From an uncultured Enterobacteriaceae bacterium (GTDB lineage Bacteria; Pseudomonadota; Gammaproteobacteria; Burkholderiales; SG8-39), in assembly GCA_964461055.1 (NCBI GenBank), contig CAYWSG010000006.1, positions 7,198-71,197 of the forward strand: DNA of 64,000 bases, written 5' to 3'. The notes under the pieces are model-generated. The model was given only the letters and a program-made list of their open reading frames with translations. It did not search any database and was not told the DNA's origin. Position 1 is the stretch's first letter. Each line of letters begins with the position of its first letter. This document shows, in pieces, positions 36,727 through 46,763 of this stretch. The position numbers and the translations under genes are program-made.

Positions 36727-38298
36727 TCAGCCCCACCACTTCGGAAGCTTGTAGTCCTCGGCGAGGATGCCGGCCGCGTTGTGCCCCGCACCCGCATGCA
36801 CGCCGCCGCCCGGGTGGCAGTAGCCGCCGCACATGTACAGGCCCTCCACGGGCGAGCGATAGCCCGACCAGCCGGCGAACGGCCGGAAGTAGCCCATCTG
36901 GTCCGGCGTCATGTCGCCCACCACGTCGACCCCGTTCACCATGTTGTCGTTGTGCCGCTCGGTGTCGGTCGGGTCCTGGATCGTCATGGCGAGGATCCTG
37001 TCCTTCGTCATGTTGGGCGCATAGCGTCGCCAGAGCCCGAGGCAGTGCTCGGCGTACTCCTCCCGCACCTTCTTCCAGCCGGCCGCGCCTTCCGGCGCCA
37101 CGGCGTAGGGCGCGTATTGCCAGATGAGCGCGGTGTGCTTGCCCGCGGGCGCCTGCGAGGGATCGAAAAGCGTCGGCACCGTGATCTGCAGCATCTCCCG
37201 GCGGGGCGGCCTGCCCGCGGCAATCTCCTGGTAGGCCTCGACCTGGTCGGCCACCCGGCCGCAGAACATCTCCTGGCTGAAGGCGCGCTCGACGTGCGAA
37301 TTGTGCGCCGCCGCCGTGTAGCGGGGCGGCTCGGACAGCGCGAGGTGCAGGCAGAAGAGCGAGCGGCCGCGCGAGTGGTAGTTCTTCACCCGCGTCACGA
37401 AGGCCTCCGGCAAATGCTCTTCGCCGACGAGCTGCAGGAAGCTCTTCTTCGGCTCGACGTTCGTGATCACCGCCTTGGCGGCCTGCACCCGGGTACCGTC
37501 CGTGAGCTCGACGCCGCTCGCCCGGTTTCCGGAGACGAGCACGCGCTTCACCTCCGCGCCGGTCCTCACCTCCCCGCCCGCGCCCTCGAGCGCGCGGCGC
37601 ATGCCCTCGGCCAGCTGCTGCGAGCCGCCCACGCAGATCGGCGCCTCGGCCTTCAGGATGCGGAAGAGGCAGATCCAGCCCTGCCCGTAGGCATCCGGCG
37701 GAAAGCCGAGCACCGTCATGCGCGCGAGCATGTGCACCCTGACCTCCTCGCTCTCGAAGAGCTCCTCGAGGAGCTGGACCGGCGTCGCCGCCTGCCACTG
37801 CATCAGGGCGCGTCCCTCCTCGGACTTCTCGAGCTCGGCGGTCTGCATCGACGGCGGCAGCGGCGGCGAATACATGAGCGGCAGGTACGTCGAGTCGATG
37901 AACTCGCCGTAGTCCTCCACGAGCTGCGTGAAGGTCCTGGCGTCGCGCGCCGAGAACTTCGCGATCTCGGCGGCCATGCGCTCGGGCTCCCGGTACATCA
38001 CGAGACAGCGCTGGTCGGGGAAGATCGTTCCCCTCAGGTAGTCGGGATAGACGTATTTCACGCCGTGGCGCTCGAGCTCGAGATCGCGGTAGACCGGGCT
38101 CAGCGGGATGTGCGTGTGCACCATCGAGCAGATGTTGTGCCTGAACCCCGGAAGCGTCGCCTCCTCGGTGTGGCAGCTGCCGCCGACGCGACGGTTGCGC
38201 TCGAGCACGAGCACCCTGGCGCCGGCGCGGGCGAGGTAGCCCGCGCAGGCGAGCCCGTTGTGCCCCGAGCCGATGACGATGAAATCGTACGTGGCCAT
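36727..38298 (-). CDS. NAD(P)/FAD-dependent oxidoreductase (phytoene desaturase/CrtI-like family)
   Basis: 523 aa with Rossmann DFIVIGSGHNGLACAGYLARAGARVLVLE. Confidence 0.8.
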   Translation of the reverse strand: MATYDFIVIGSGHNGLACAGYLARAGARVLVLERNRRVGGSCHTEEATLPGFRHNICSMVHTHIPLSPVYRDLELERHGVKYVYPDYLRGTIFPDQRCLVMYREPERMAAEIAKFSARDARTFTQLVEDYGEFIDSTYLPLMYSPPLPPSMQTAELEKSEEGRALMQWQAATPVQLLEELFESEEVRVHMLARMTVLGFPPDAYGQGWICLFRILKAEAPICVGGSQQLAEGMRRALEGAGGEVRTGAEVKRVLVSGNRASGVELTDGTRVQAAKAVITNVEPKKSFLQLVGEEHLPEAFVTRVKNYHSRGRSLFCLHLALSEPPRYTAAAHNSHVERAFSQEMFCGRVADQVEAYQEIAAGRPPRREMLQITVPTLFDPSQAPAGKHTALIWQYAPYAVAPEGAAGWKKVREEYAEHCLGLWRRYAPNMTKDRILAMTIQDPTDTERHNDNMVNGVDVVGDMTPDQMGYFRPFAGWSGYRSPVEGLYMCGGYCHPGGGVHAGAGHNAAGILAEDYKLPKWWG

Positions 38299-38308
38299 GC
38301 CGGAGGCC

Positions 38309-39265
38309 TCAGTTGGTCCCCGCGCCGACCGATCTTGCGATCTTGTCGATCTTCGCCACCTCGGCGGCGAGGAACTTGCCGAGCGCCTCGGGCGTGCTCG
38401 TCTCCGCGTCGGTGCCGAAGGAAAGGAAGCGCGCCTTCATCTCCGGCGTGGACATCGCCTTGACGATCTCGCGATTGAGGCGCTCGACGACCGCCTTCGG
38501 CATTCCGGCCGGTCCGACGATCGCCTGCCAGGTCGAGAAGGAGAAGTTCGGGTAGCCGGACTCGGCGAGGGTCGGCACCTCGGGCACGACCGCCGAGCGC
38601 TTCGGCGTGGTCACCGCGATGGGCGTCAGGCGGCCCGCCTTGACCTGCTGGATGACGTCCGAGATGTTCGCGAACATCACCTGGGCGTTGCCGCCGAGGA
38701 GGTCCTGCATCGCGGGCGCGCCGCCCTTGTAGTGCACCGTGACCCAGTCGATCCCGGCGACCTGCTTGAACATCTCGCCCGAGAGGCGCGTGAGCGTGGT
38801 CGCCCCGGGCGAAGCCATGTTGAGCTTGCCGGGGTTCGCCTTGGAGTAGGCGATCAGCTCCCGCGGCGTCTTGGCCGGCACCGAAGGATGGACGACGGCG
38901 AGAATCGGCACCGTGGCGACGAGGCTCACCGGGGTGAAGTCCTTGACGGGATCCCAGGAGAGATTCTCGAAGAACGCAGGCGAGGTCGCGAACGAAGTCG
39001 CTGCGACGAGCAGCGTATAGCCGTCGGGAGCCGAGCGCGCGACCTGCTCCGCCGCGATGTTGCCGCTCGCGCCCGGCTTGTTCTCCACCACCACCGTCTG
39101 CCCGAGCGCCTGCGAGAGCTTCTCGCTCAGCGCGCGCGCCGAGAGATCCGTCGAGCCGCCCGGCGGGAAGCCGACGACGAAGCGGATCGGGCGCGCGGGA
39201 TAGCTCTGCGCCTGGACGAGCGTGGCCGCGAGCGCGGCGATCAGGAAGAATGCAAGGCGTTTCAT
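38309..39265 (-). CDS. Bug-family (TctC-like) substrate-binding protein
   Basis: 318 aa with a signal peptide and the FPPGGSTD motif. Confidence 0.9.
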   Translation of the reverse strand: MKRLAFFLIAALAATLVQAQSYPARPIRFVVGFPPGGSTDLSARALSEKLSQALGQTVVVENKPGASGNIAAEQVARSAPDGYTLLVAATSFATSPAFFENLSWDPVKDFTPVSLVATVPILAVVHPSVPAKTPRELIAYSKANPGKLNMASPGATTLTRLSGEMFKQVAGIDWVTVHYKGGAPAMQDLLGGNAQVMFANISDVIQQVKAGRLTPIAVTTPKRSAVVPEVPTLAESGYPNFSFSTWQAIVGPAGMPKAVVERLNREIVKAMSTPEMKARFLSFGTDAETSTPEALGKFLAAEVAKIDKIARSVGAGTN

Positions 39266-39275
39266 CGGTGCCTCC

Positions 39276-40241
39276 TTACTCGACTTTCACGTTGGCGGCC
39301 TTGGCGACCTTGCCCCAGGTCGTGATCTCCTCCCGCAGGAAGCGGCCGAAGGCCTCCGGCGAGCCCGTCTGGATCGTCATGCCGAGCTGCGTCAGGCGTG
39401 CGCGCACGTCCGGGGCGTTCAGCGCCGCGGCGACGTCGGCGTTGATCTTCGCGATCACCGCCGGCGGGGTGCCCGAGGGCACGAGCACGCCCTGCCACAC
39501 CGAGGCGTCGATGCCCGGGGCCACGGTCTCGGCGAGCGTGGGCACGTCGGGCAGCAGCGGCGAGCGCGAGGCCGTGGTGGCGGCGAGCGCGCGGAGCTTC
39601 CCGCCCTGCACGAGGCTCGCCGCTTCCACCACGTTCACGATCATCGCCTGCGTCTCCCCGGCCATCGTCGCCTGCACCGCCGGAGCGCCGCCCTTGTAGG
39701 GCACCATGACGATGTCGGTGCCGGTCAGCTGCTTGATCAGCTCGAAGGTCAGGCGCTGGCCGCTCGCCGCCCCGGGCGCGGCGAAATTGAGCTTGCCCGG
39801 ATTCGCCTTCGCGTAGGCGATGAAGGCCTTGATGTCGCGCGCGGGCACCTCGTTGTTGACCACCAGCACGTTCGGGATCGTGGAGACGAGCGTGACCGGC
39901 GCGAGGTCCCGGAGGGCATCGTAGTTCAGCTTCTCGTAGACCACGGCGCTGATGGCGATCGCCGTCGTGGCGAGCAGCATCGTCGTGCCATCGGGCTCGC
40001 TCTTCGCGACATAGTCCGTGCCGATGTTCGCCGCCGCGCCAGGCTTGTTCTCCACGACGACGGCATGCCCCCACTTCTCGGCAAGCTTGGGGGCGATGAG
40101 GCGGGCGGTGGTGTCGGTCGAGCCGCCCGGCGGAAACGCCACCACGAGCTTCACCGTCTTGGAAGGGAACTGCGCCTGGGCGGCCGTGGCGGCCGCGACG
40201 GCGAGCACGGCGACGAGCGCCTTGCGGATCCACCGGTTCAT
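39276..40241 (-). CDS. Bug-family (TctC-like) substrate-binding protein
   Basis: 321 aa with a signal peptide and FPPGGSTD. Tandem paralogue of the previous gene. Confidence 0.9.
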   Translation of the reverse strand: MNRWIRKALVAVLAVAAATAAQAQFPSKTVKLVVAFPPGGSTDTTARLIAPKLAEKWGHAVVVENKPGAAANIGTDYVAKSEPDGTTMLLATTAIAISAVVYEKLNYDALRDLAPVTLVSTIPNVLVVNNEVPARDIKAFIAYAKANPGKLNFAAPGAASGQRLTFELIKQLTGTDIVMVPYKGGAPAVQATMAGETQAMIVNVVEAASLVQGGKLRALAATTASRSPLLPDVPTLAETVAPGIDASVWQGVLVPSGTPPAVIAKINADVAAALNAPDVRARLTQLGMTIQTGSPEAFGRFLREEITTWGKVAKAANVKVE

Positions 40242-40293
40242 CTGTGTCCTCCTCCTCGTTTCATGGGTCTCCTCCGTTATGGAAGTCCTTCTC

Positions 40294-41424
40294 TCAGAGC
40301 GTGAGCTCGAGCGCGAACCTGCGCACCTTCGCTTCGTCGATCTCGATCCCGAGGCCGGGCCCCTGCGGCACCTTCGCGACCTGCCGCTCGACGGGCAGCG
40401 GCCTGGCGAGATAGTCCTCGGCGATGAACTGCGGCCCGTTCAGGTCCACGGGCAGCGTCATGCCGTAGGCGGCAAAGAGGTGCACCGACGCGGCGAAGCC
40501 GATGGGCGCGTCCATGAGCCCCGAGCCGATGAGCGTGAGACCGGCATTAAGCGCGAGGTCGCACATCTGGCGTGCGTAGAAGAGCCCGCCCACCTTGGAG
40601 ACCTTGATGGCGAGGCCCTCCACGGCGTCGCGCCGGAGGAGCTCGACCACGAACGGCAGGCCCATGGCGGCCTCGTCCAGGGCGATCACGAGCCCCGTGG
40701 CCGAGAGGAGCTTGCGCATCGCATAGACGTCGCTCATGGGCACCGGCTGCTCGAAGAGCGTGATGCCGAGCTTCTCGAACGCCTTCGACATCCGCAGCGC
40801 CTCTTCGAGCGTATAGCCCTGGTTGGCGTCCGGCCAGACGTAGGCGCCGTCGGCGGCCTCGACCACCGCGCGGACGATGTCCGCATCGAGCGCCTTCTGA
40901 TGACCCACCTTGACCTTGAAGCCGCGGTAGCCCTCGGCGAGGCCCTCGCGCGTCATCTTCGCCGCCTCCTCGGGGCTGGCGGCCGACACGAGGCGGGCAA
41001 GCGGAACCGCGTCGGCGCGCCGCGCGCCGAGCCAGCTCTGCACGGGGATGCCGAGCCGCTTGCCGATGAGATCGTGCACCGCGAGGTCGATCGCGCACTT
41101 GGCGATCGGCTGGCCCGGATCGAGCCCGGTGGCGAGCTCCTGGTTCATGCGCGCGTGCAGCCCGGCGATGTCGAACACGTGATGGCCGATGAGGGCGGGC
41201 GCGAGGTATCGGCGGATGGAGCTGGTGCAGGACTCAACGGTCTCGGCCGACCAGCGCCGCGAGGGCCCCGCCTCGCCCCAGCCGACGTAGCCGTCGCTGT
41301 CGGTGAGCTTGACCAGCGCGATGCGCTTGCCTTCGTCCAGCGTGCGCGAAGGACCGCGCGGCAGCGTCAGCACCGCCTTCATCGGGAGCCGGACGGGGAA
41401 GACCTCGATGCTCTGGATGTGCAT
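40294..41424 (-). CDS. enolase-superfamily enzyme, muconate-lactonizing (MLE) subgroup (racemase/epimerase/cycloisomerase type)
   Basis: 376 aa. KxK FKVKVG, metal ligands WPDANQGY / LFEQP / ALDEA, and second Lys AIKVSKVGG. Confidence 0.85.
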   Translation of the reverse strand: MHIQSIEVFPVRLPMKAVLTLPRGPSRTLDEGKRIALVKLTDSDGYVGWGEAGPSRRWSAETVESCTSSIRRYLAPALIGHHVFDIAGLHARMNQELATGLDPGQPIAKCAIDLAVHDLIGKRLGIPVQSWLGARRADAVPLARLVSAASPEEAAKMTREGLAEGYRGFKVKVGHQKALDADIVRAVVEAADGAYVWPDANQGYTLEEALRMSKAFEKLGITLFEQPVPMSDVYAMRKLLSATGLVIALDEAAMGLPFVVELLRRDAVEGLAIKVSKVGGLFYARQMCDLALNAGLTLIGSGLMDAPIGFAASVHLFAAYGMTLPVDLNGPQFIAEDYLARPLPVERQVAKVPQGPGLGIEIDEAKVRRFALELTL

Positions 41425-41447
41425 GAATCAGCCCTTCTTCTCTTCGC

Positions 41448-42929
41448 TCATCGCCAGTTCAGGAAAACGGGACTCCCCCACGCGATATGCCCGTTTCGCT
41501 GGCGGGCGCGCAGGTACACGTGCGAGCGGCCGCGAGGAACCTCCAGCCGGCAGCGCCCTTCGAGCGCCGAGGCGCGGCGCGGGACGAGCCGGTGCCATTG
41601 GTAGCCCTCCTTCGGGAACGGGCCGGTGAAGAAGTTGGCCGAGCGATGCGCGAGCTCGCCAAGCGTGTGGCGCGTCGTCTGGAGGGCAGGCTCGGAGAGC
41701 GCGAGCTCGACGGCCGTGTCAGGGTTCGCCTGCAGCTCGAGCACGACGCTCTGGTTCGGGTTCTCGCGGTAGGCGTTCTGGCGCGCCGTGTACGACCGGA
41801 CGGCAAGGCCGCCGTCGCCGCGGCGCTCGAAGCGATGGCGCCGCCGCTCGTCGAAGGGCATGGACTGCAGGCAGGGAAAGAAGCGAAGCAGCCGCCCGCC
41901 GTGCACGCTGACCTCCATGGCCCAGTCGCAGACGCGGTCGAGCGCGAGGGCGCCCCAGGGGCCCCAGCCCCACTCGAGCCGCAGCTGCACGGGCTGCTCG
42001 AAGGATGTCGGCACCGCATCGTCGGCGAAGGCGCGGTGCACGATGCGCCCGTCCTGGATGAGCTCCACCACGTCGAGCTCGTCGCGGCCCTCGACGCGAA
42101 AGCGCGCCTCCACGCTGTTGCCCGCTTCGAGCGTCGCCCCCATGGGAGCGCCTTCCACGGTGAAGTCGAGCTCGATGCGATCGCCGGTCAGCGCGTAGGT
42201 GCGCCTTGCGCGGATCGCCTCGAAGATGCCCTCGCGCGAGAACTCGGAGACAAGCGCGGCCATGAGCCCCTCGCCGTAGGCGCCGGGAAAGCCGGCATGG
42301 TCGTCCGAGGAACCGACGAAGCCGAAGCGAAGCCCCGCCTCCAGCGCCGCGCGCGCGGTATTGGCCGTCTCCCGCCCGCCCATCGAATGGGAGAAGTAGG
42401 GAAACGGCCCGCGGTCGTCCTCCGAATTGCCGTGCTCGGAATAGATCTCCACGACCGGCGTGCAGGCTTCGTCGAAGCACTCCCAGTTCACGCCGCGGCG
42501 GCCCTTCGGATAGGCGAGGTGATGGGGGATCATGAGGGCGCCTTCGTCCAGGCAGAAGCGCCGCAGCTTCTGCACGTCGGCGGCGTAGAAGAGCGGCCGG
42601 TGGTCCTTGGGAAGGACGACGCACTGGTCGCCCCATTGCGAGGAATGCCACTCGAAGCCGAGGAAAGCGCAGAACTCGCCGTCGCGATTGCCTCCGGCGA
42701 TCACGTCCTGCACGCGCGGCCAGGTGTCCTTCAGCCGCTTGAAGCCCTCGATCCAGTGGCGCTCGCGCCCGCCCTCCATCGCCGGCATGTCGTGCCAGCT
42801 CGAGTGGCCGGTGAAGGCGAAGAAATCGAGGTGGGTGCGCGCGATCTCGAGCGAGCGCTCGATCGAGCCCACGCCGTAGCCGTGGGCGTTGTGGTTGTGG
42901 ATGTCGCCGTAGAGGATGCGGTACGTCAT
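41448..42929 (-). CDS. PHP/CehA-like metal-dependent hydrolase domain protein with long C-terminal extension
   Basis: Tail of ORF 41448-43577, from MTYRILYGDIHNHNAHGYG (His-rich PHP-type N-terminus), 493 aa. ATGA overlap with the upstream gene. Confidence 0.6.
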   Translation of the reverse strand: MTYRILYGDIHNHNAHGYGVGSIERSLEIARTHLDFFAFTGHSSWHDMPAMEGGRERHWIEGFKRLKDTWPRVQDVIAGGNRDGEFCAFLGFEWHSSQWGDQCVVLPKDHRPLFYAADVQKLRRFCLDEGALMIPHHLAYPKGRRGVNWECFDEACTPVVEIYSEHGNSEDDRGPFPYFSHSMGGRETANTARAALEAGLRFGFVGSSDDHAGFPGAYGEGLMAALVSEFSREGIFEAIRARRTYALTGDRIELDFTVEGAPMGATLEAGNSVEARFRVEGRDELDVVELIQDGRIVHRAFADDAVPTSFEQPVQLRLEWGWGPWGALALDRVCDWAMEVSVHGGRLLRFFPCLQSMPFDERRRHRFERRGDGGLAVRSYTARQNAYRENPNQSVVLELQANPDTAVELALSEPALQTTRHTLGELAHRSANFFTGPFPKEGYQWHRLVPRRASALEGRCRLEVPRGRSHVYLRARQRNGHIAWGSPVFLNWR

Positions 42930-43981
42930 CCGAGCCAGCGCTCCAGGTTGGCGCGCACGAACGCGTCGTCGTTCAGCTCGGGATAGGCGGCGTACACGCG
43001 GTCGATTTCCTCCGCCTGGCCGGGCGAGAGCGTCTCCTTCGGGTCGAGGCACCAGGTGCCGGCGAGCAGGCCCTGGCGCCGCAGCACCTCGTGGCAGCCC
43101 GGAATGCAGCCGGCGAAGTCGTTCGCCACGTCGAAGAAAGCGCTGTTGGAATCGGTCACGCGCGAATCGAGGGCGAGAAGGTGCGCATCCACCCGGTCCG
43201 CCTCGACCGCGGCATGGATGCGCTCGAGAAGCTCCACCGCGCGCTTCGTCCAGACGCTCCAGTGCCCGAGCAGCCCGCCGCGGATGCGGACCGTCACGTC
43301 CTTTCCGTCGCGCCGCACCGTGAACGGCGTGAGGAGGTCGAGGACGATGTGGTCGTCGTTGCCGGTATAGAGCGCGACCCGCTCCTCGGCGCGCGCCTCG
43401 ACCACGCCGCGCACGACATCCAGCGTGCGGTAGCGATTGAAGGGGGCGATCTTGATCGCCACGACATTGTCGATGGCGGCGAAGCGGCGCCAGAACGCGA
43501 CGGGCAGCTCGGGGCCGCCGACCGCCTTCTGCAGGTAGAAGCCGACGAGCGGCATCTCCTCGGCCACCGCAGCGCAATGCGCGACAAGCTCGTCGACCGT
43601 CGCGCCGGCCATGGGGGCGAGCGAAAGCATGGATGCCGTGTAGCCGAGGCTGCGGGCGAGCGCCGCCTCCTCGCGCGCCTGCGCGGTGCGGCCCGAAAGC
43701 CCGGCGATCATCACCAGCGGGCGCTTCGTCCAGCCGCGCGCTTCCTTCATCGCGATGCGAAGCACGGGCTCGTAGAGGCCGACGTCGCGGATCGCGAACT
43801 GCGTGGCATGCACGCCGACGGCGAGCCCGCCGGCGCCGGCGTCGATGTAGTAGCGGGCGAGCGCCCGCTGGCGCCGCTCGTCGAGCCGTCGCTGCGCGTC
43901 GAGCGCGAGCGGGTGCGCCGGGATGACACAGCCCTTGCGCAGGAGCGAGAGAACCTCGGGTTTGATTTCAGTCCAGTGCAT
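42926..43981 (-). CDS. dihydrodipicolinate synthase (DapA)-like class I aldolase/lyase family protein
   Basis: ORF trimmed to MHWTEIKPEVL, 351 aa. GGLAVGVHATQF and VAIKIAPF (candidate Schiff-base Lys). Confidence 0.65.
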   Translation of the reverse strand: MHWTEIKPEVLSLLRKGCVIPAHPLALDAQRRLDERRQRALARYYIDAGAGGLAVGVHATQFAIRDVGLYEPVLRIAMKEARGWTKRPLVMIAGLSGRTAQAREEAALARSLGYTASMLSLAPMAGATVDELVAHCAAVAEEMPLVGFYLQKAVGGPELPVAFWRRFAAIDNVVAIKIAPFNRYRTLDVVRGVVEARAEERVALYTGNDDHIVLDLLTPFTVRRDGKDVTVRIRGGLLGHWSVWTKRAVELLERIHAAVEADRVDAHLLALDSRVTDSNSAFFDVANDFAGCIPGCHEVLRRQGLLAGTWCLDPKETLSPGQAEEIDRVYAAYPELNDDAFVRANLERWLG

Positions 43982-44001
43982 AACCTTATCTATCGTGGCG
44001 C

Positions 44002-44901
44002 CTATCCGAGCTCCGGGCCGGCGATGGCGAAGGTGCGCGCCGGGTCTCCGAAAAGACGCTCCTGTCCGAGCGCCATCCGCGTATACGGTCGCTCCCTCCC
44101 GAAGCCGTTCGCCGCGAGCCACGCGGCAAAGGTTTCATGTCGCTCGAGGGCATCGACGATGACCGGCGACGGAACGCTCGCCGCGGCGCGCGCCGTCAGC
44201 GCCACCGCCGTGGCCTCGTCCTCGGCCACGATCGGGCCGAGCTGCGTCGCGATGCGACCGTCGCGGCCAAGCAGGAAGCCGGCCAGGCGGCCGCCTTCGA
44301 CGGCGACGCAGGCGAATGCCCGCGAGCGCTCGCGCAGCCGCTCGAGCAGCGCCGCCCTGTCGCAGCCAAACGCGCGGGCGTCGAGGGCGAGCACTCCGGG
44401 CCAGTCCCCGTCCTCGAGGGGCCGCACTTGCCGGGAACGCGCGTCTTGGAACTGCGCTTCTTTCGCGCGAGACGAGCGCAATCCTCCAGAGCCCGGGCGC
44501 TCGATGCGCCGCCAGCGCTGGATCGGCCAGCCATCGCGAAAGCCGAGCGGCCCGTAGACCTTGCGCCCGGCTGGCGTGGCGTCGAGCACCGGCACCATGC
44601 CGGCGGACTTCAGCTCGTCGATGCAGCGCGCCAGGAGCCGCTTGGCAAGCCCGCGGCGCCGGTGGGCCTCGTCGACGAGCACCATGCTGATCCAGCCGAA
44701 GCCGCTTGGGTAGGGCAGCACGGCCGCCGTGGCGACGAGCCCCTCGCCCGCCGACTTCATGGCGAAGGCGCGGCCGAGCTCGAGGAAGATCGACCAGTCG
44801 GCCTTCACCTGGTTCCAGCCCGACTGGGCGACGAGCGCCTGCGCGCCCTCGAGGTCGCCCGGCTCCAGCGCCGTCTCCTGCAGCGACTCAGTACTTGCCA
44901 T
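44002..44901 (-). CDS. GNAT family N-acetyltransferase with C-terminal YitH-like domain
   Basis: 299 aa with acyl-CoA motif [15 protein letters not shown]. Start overlaps the upstream gene by 14 nt. Confidence 0.8.
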   Translation of the reverse strand: MASTESLQETALEPGDLEGAQALVAQSGWNQVKADWSIFLELGRAFAMKSAGEGLVATAAVLPYPSGFGWISMVLVDEAHRRRGLAKRLLARCIDELKSAGMVPVLDATPAGRKVYGPLGFRDGWPIQRWRRIERPGSGGLRSSRAKEAQFQDARSRQVRPLEDGDWPGVLALDARAFGCDRAALLERLRERSRAFACVAVEGGRLAGFLLGRDGRIATQLGPIVAEDEATAVALTARAAASVPSPVIVDALERHETFAAWLAANGFGRERPYTRMALGQERLFGDPARTFAIAGPELG

Positions 44902-45934
44902 CGCGCGTTTCGAAATGGGTCGGCTTGCCGAAGCTCGCGCCGCCGCGCGCGACCCAGTCCGCTACCCAGTCGATCATGACCGCGAGCGGAACGCGCGGCA
45001 CGCCGAAGAGGCGCTGCGCCTCGGTGGTATCGACGTGCCAGGCCGTCGGCGCCTCGGTGCCCGTGATTACAGGCTTCTTGCCGAGCCGCTCGCCGAAGGC
45101 CTGCGCGAGCCACCGCACGCTCACCTTGTCGGGCCCGGTGACGTTGAGCGGCGAGGTCGGCGTGGTGCAGCGCGCCAGCAGCCGCAGCGCCTGCTCGTTG
45201 GAATCGCCCTGCCAGATCACGTTGACGGTGCCCATGGTCACGTCGATCGGCTCGCCGGCGAGCACCTTGGAGGCCACGTCGTAGAGAACGCCGTAGCGCA
45301 TGTCGATGGCGTAGGAAAGCCGCAGGAGGCGCCCGGGGGTGTTCCACTTCTGCGAGCCGTAGAGGAACATCTGCTCGCGCCCGACGCAGGAGGCGGCGTA
45401 GTCCCCCGGCGGCGGCTCGGTCGCCTGCGCCTCGGTCCATCCCGGACCGCTCACGGGCGCGTACGGATAGACGCAGATGGTGGAGAAGCAGACGATGCGC
45501 GATTCGCGGAACGTCTCGGCGATCAGGAACGGCATGCCCGCGTTCATGGCCCAGGTGAGGGCCGTGTTCCCGGCGGCGCCGAACTTGTGGCCCGCCATGA
45601 AAACGGCGTTCTTCGCCTTGGGCAGGCGCTCGAGCGCGGCGCGGTCGAGGAGATCGCAGGCGATGCACTCGATGCCCCAGCCTTCCAGCCGCTCCCGCAG
45701 GCCCGGCTCCGAGAAGCGCGCGACGCCGATCACCCGCTTGCCGGGCGCGGCGCGCTTGGCCATGCGTGCGAGCGTCGGGCCCGTCTTGCCGCCCACGCCG
45801 AGGACGATCAGGTCCCCGTCCAGCCCCTGGAGCTCCTGCGGGAGGTCCGGTCCGGGCGTCGTCATGTAGTCCTCGAGGGCATCCACGTCGGCGAAGCCCC
45901 GGGGAAACGTGGCGGATGGTGCAGCGGCGGTCAT
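44888..45934 (-). CDS. NAD-dependent epimerase/dehydratase family protein
   Basis: Tail of ORF 44888-46684, from [10 protein letters not shown], 348 aa. Glycine-rich [18 protein letters not shown] overlap with the TetR stop. Confidence 0.7.
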   Translation of the reverse strand: MTAAAPSATFPRGFADVDALEDYMTTPGPDLPQELQGLDGDLIVLGVGGKTGPTLARMAKRAAPGKRVIGVARFSEPGLRERLEGWGIECIACDLLDRAALERLPKAKNAVFMAGHKFGAAGNTALTWAMNAGMPFLIAETFRESRIVCFSTICVYPYAPVSGPGWTEAQATEPPPGDYAASCVGREQMFLYGSQKWNTPGRLLRLSYAIDMRYGVLYDVASKVLAGEPIDVTMGTVNVIWQGDSNEQALRLLARCTTPTSPLNVTGPDKVSVRWLAQAFGERLGKKPVITGTEAPTAWHVDTTEAQRLFGVPRVPLAVMIDWVADWVARGGASFGKPTHFETRDGKY

Positions 45935-46641
45935 GGAGCGATTCCTTTTTCGGAGGCGACGTACTTGAAAACCACTTCCATCATGTGGGCGAGGCGCGCG
46001 GCGCGCTGGCGCGGCGCGATGAGATCGCGCCCGAAGATGGCCGAGAGCGTGTGACGGTTGGAGAGATAGAAGTACCCGAGGCTCGCGATGGTGATGTAGA
46101 GCTGCATCGGATCGACGCCGCGGCGAAAAACCCCCTCGCGTACCCCGCGCTCGAGCAGGCGACCGATGGTCTCCAGAAGCGGCGCATGCAGCCGCTGGAT
46201 GAGGGAGGATCGCTTGAGGTGGCGGCCCTGGTGCAGGTTTTCGCTGTTCACCAGCGTGATGAACTCGGGATGGGCGATCTGGTACTCCCAGGTGAAGCGG
46301 ACCAGGCGCCGCAGCGCGTCCTCGGGCGGCCCCTGGTCGAGCTCGAGGCGCTTCTCCGCCTCCCGCACGCGGGCATAGGTACGCTCGAGCACGGCCAGGA
46401 AGAGCGCATCCTTGCTGCGGAAGTAGTAGTAGAGCATGCGCACGTTGACGCCGGCCTGCGCGGCGATGCGGCCGACGCGCGCGCCGCCGAGCCCCGCGGC
46501 GGCGAACTCTCGCGCCGCGGCCTCGAGGATCTGCGCCCGCGTGCGCTCCGCGTCCTTGATGGCGGGGCCCGCCGTGCCGAGCGGCGCTCGCGTCGCGGGG
46601 CTGAGGCGGCGGACATTGCGCGGCTGGGCGGCGCTCGGCAT
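45931..46641 (-). CDS. TetR/AcrR family transcriptional regulator
   Basis: 236 aa with [26 protein letters not shown]. Collinear with the TetR at 32869-33501 (shared NSENLHxGRH, FRRGVDPxQLYI, YFYLSNR). Confidence 0.9.
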   Translation of the reverse strand: MPSAAQPRNVRRLSPATRAPLGTAGPAIKDAERTRAQILEAAAREFAAAGLGGARVGRIAAQAGVNVRMLYYYFRSKDALFLAVLERTYARVREAEKRLELDQGPPEDALRRLVRFTWEYQIAHPEFITLVNSENLHQGRHLKRSSLIQRLHAPLLETIGRLLERGVREGVFRRGVDPMQLYITIASLGYFYLSNRHTLSAIFGRDLIAPRQRAARLAHMMEVVFKYVASEKGIAP

Positions 46642-46656
46642 GCGGAACGGGGAGCT

Positions 46657-46678
46657 GAATTAAGCGATTACTTAATTC
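46657..46678. promoter_or_regulatory. candidate TetR operator: perfect 8-bp inverted repeat
   Basis: GAATTAAG-cgatta-CTTAATTC. AT-rich in a GC-rich genome, 16 nt upstream of the TetR start and in the divergent region shared with the MetE-like gene. Confidence 0.55.
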
Positions 46679-46763
46679 GAGCACTTCGGCCGACCCGCCG
46701 TCAATGGGGGCGTTTCACCGGCGGCCGCGCGCCGACCCGCATCGCGGGCGGTATGCTTCGCAC

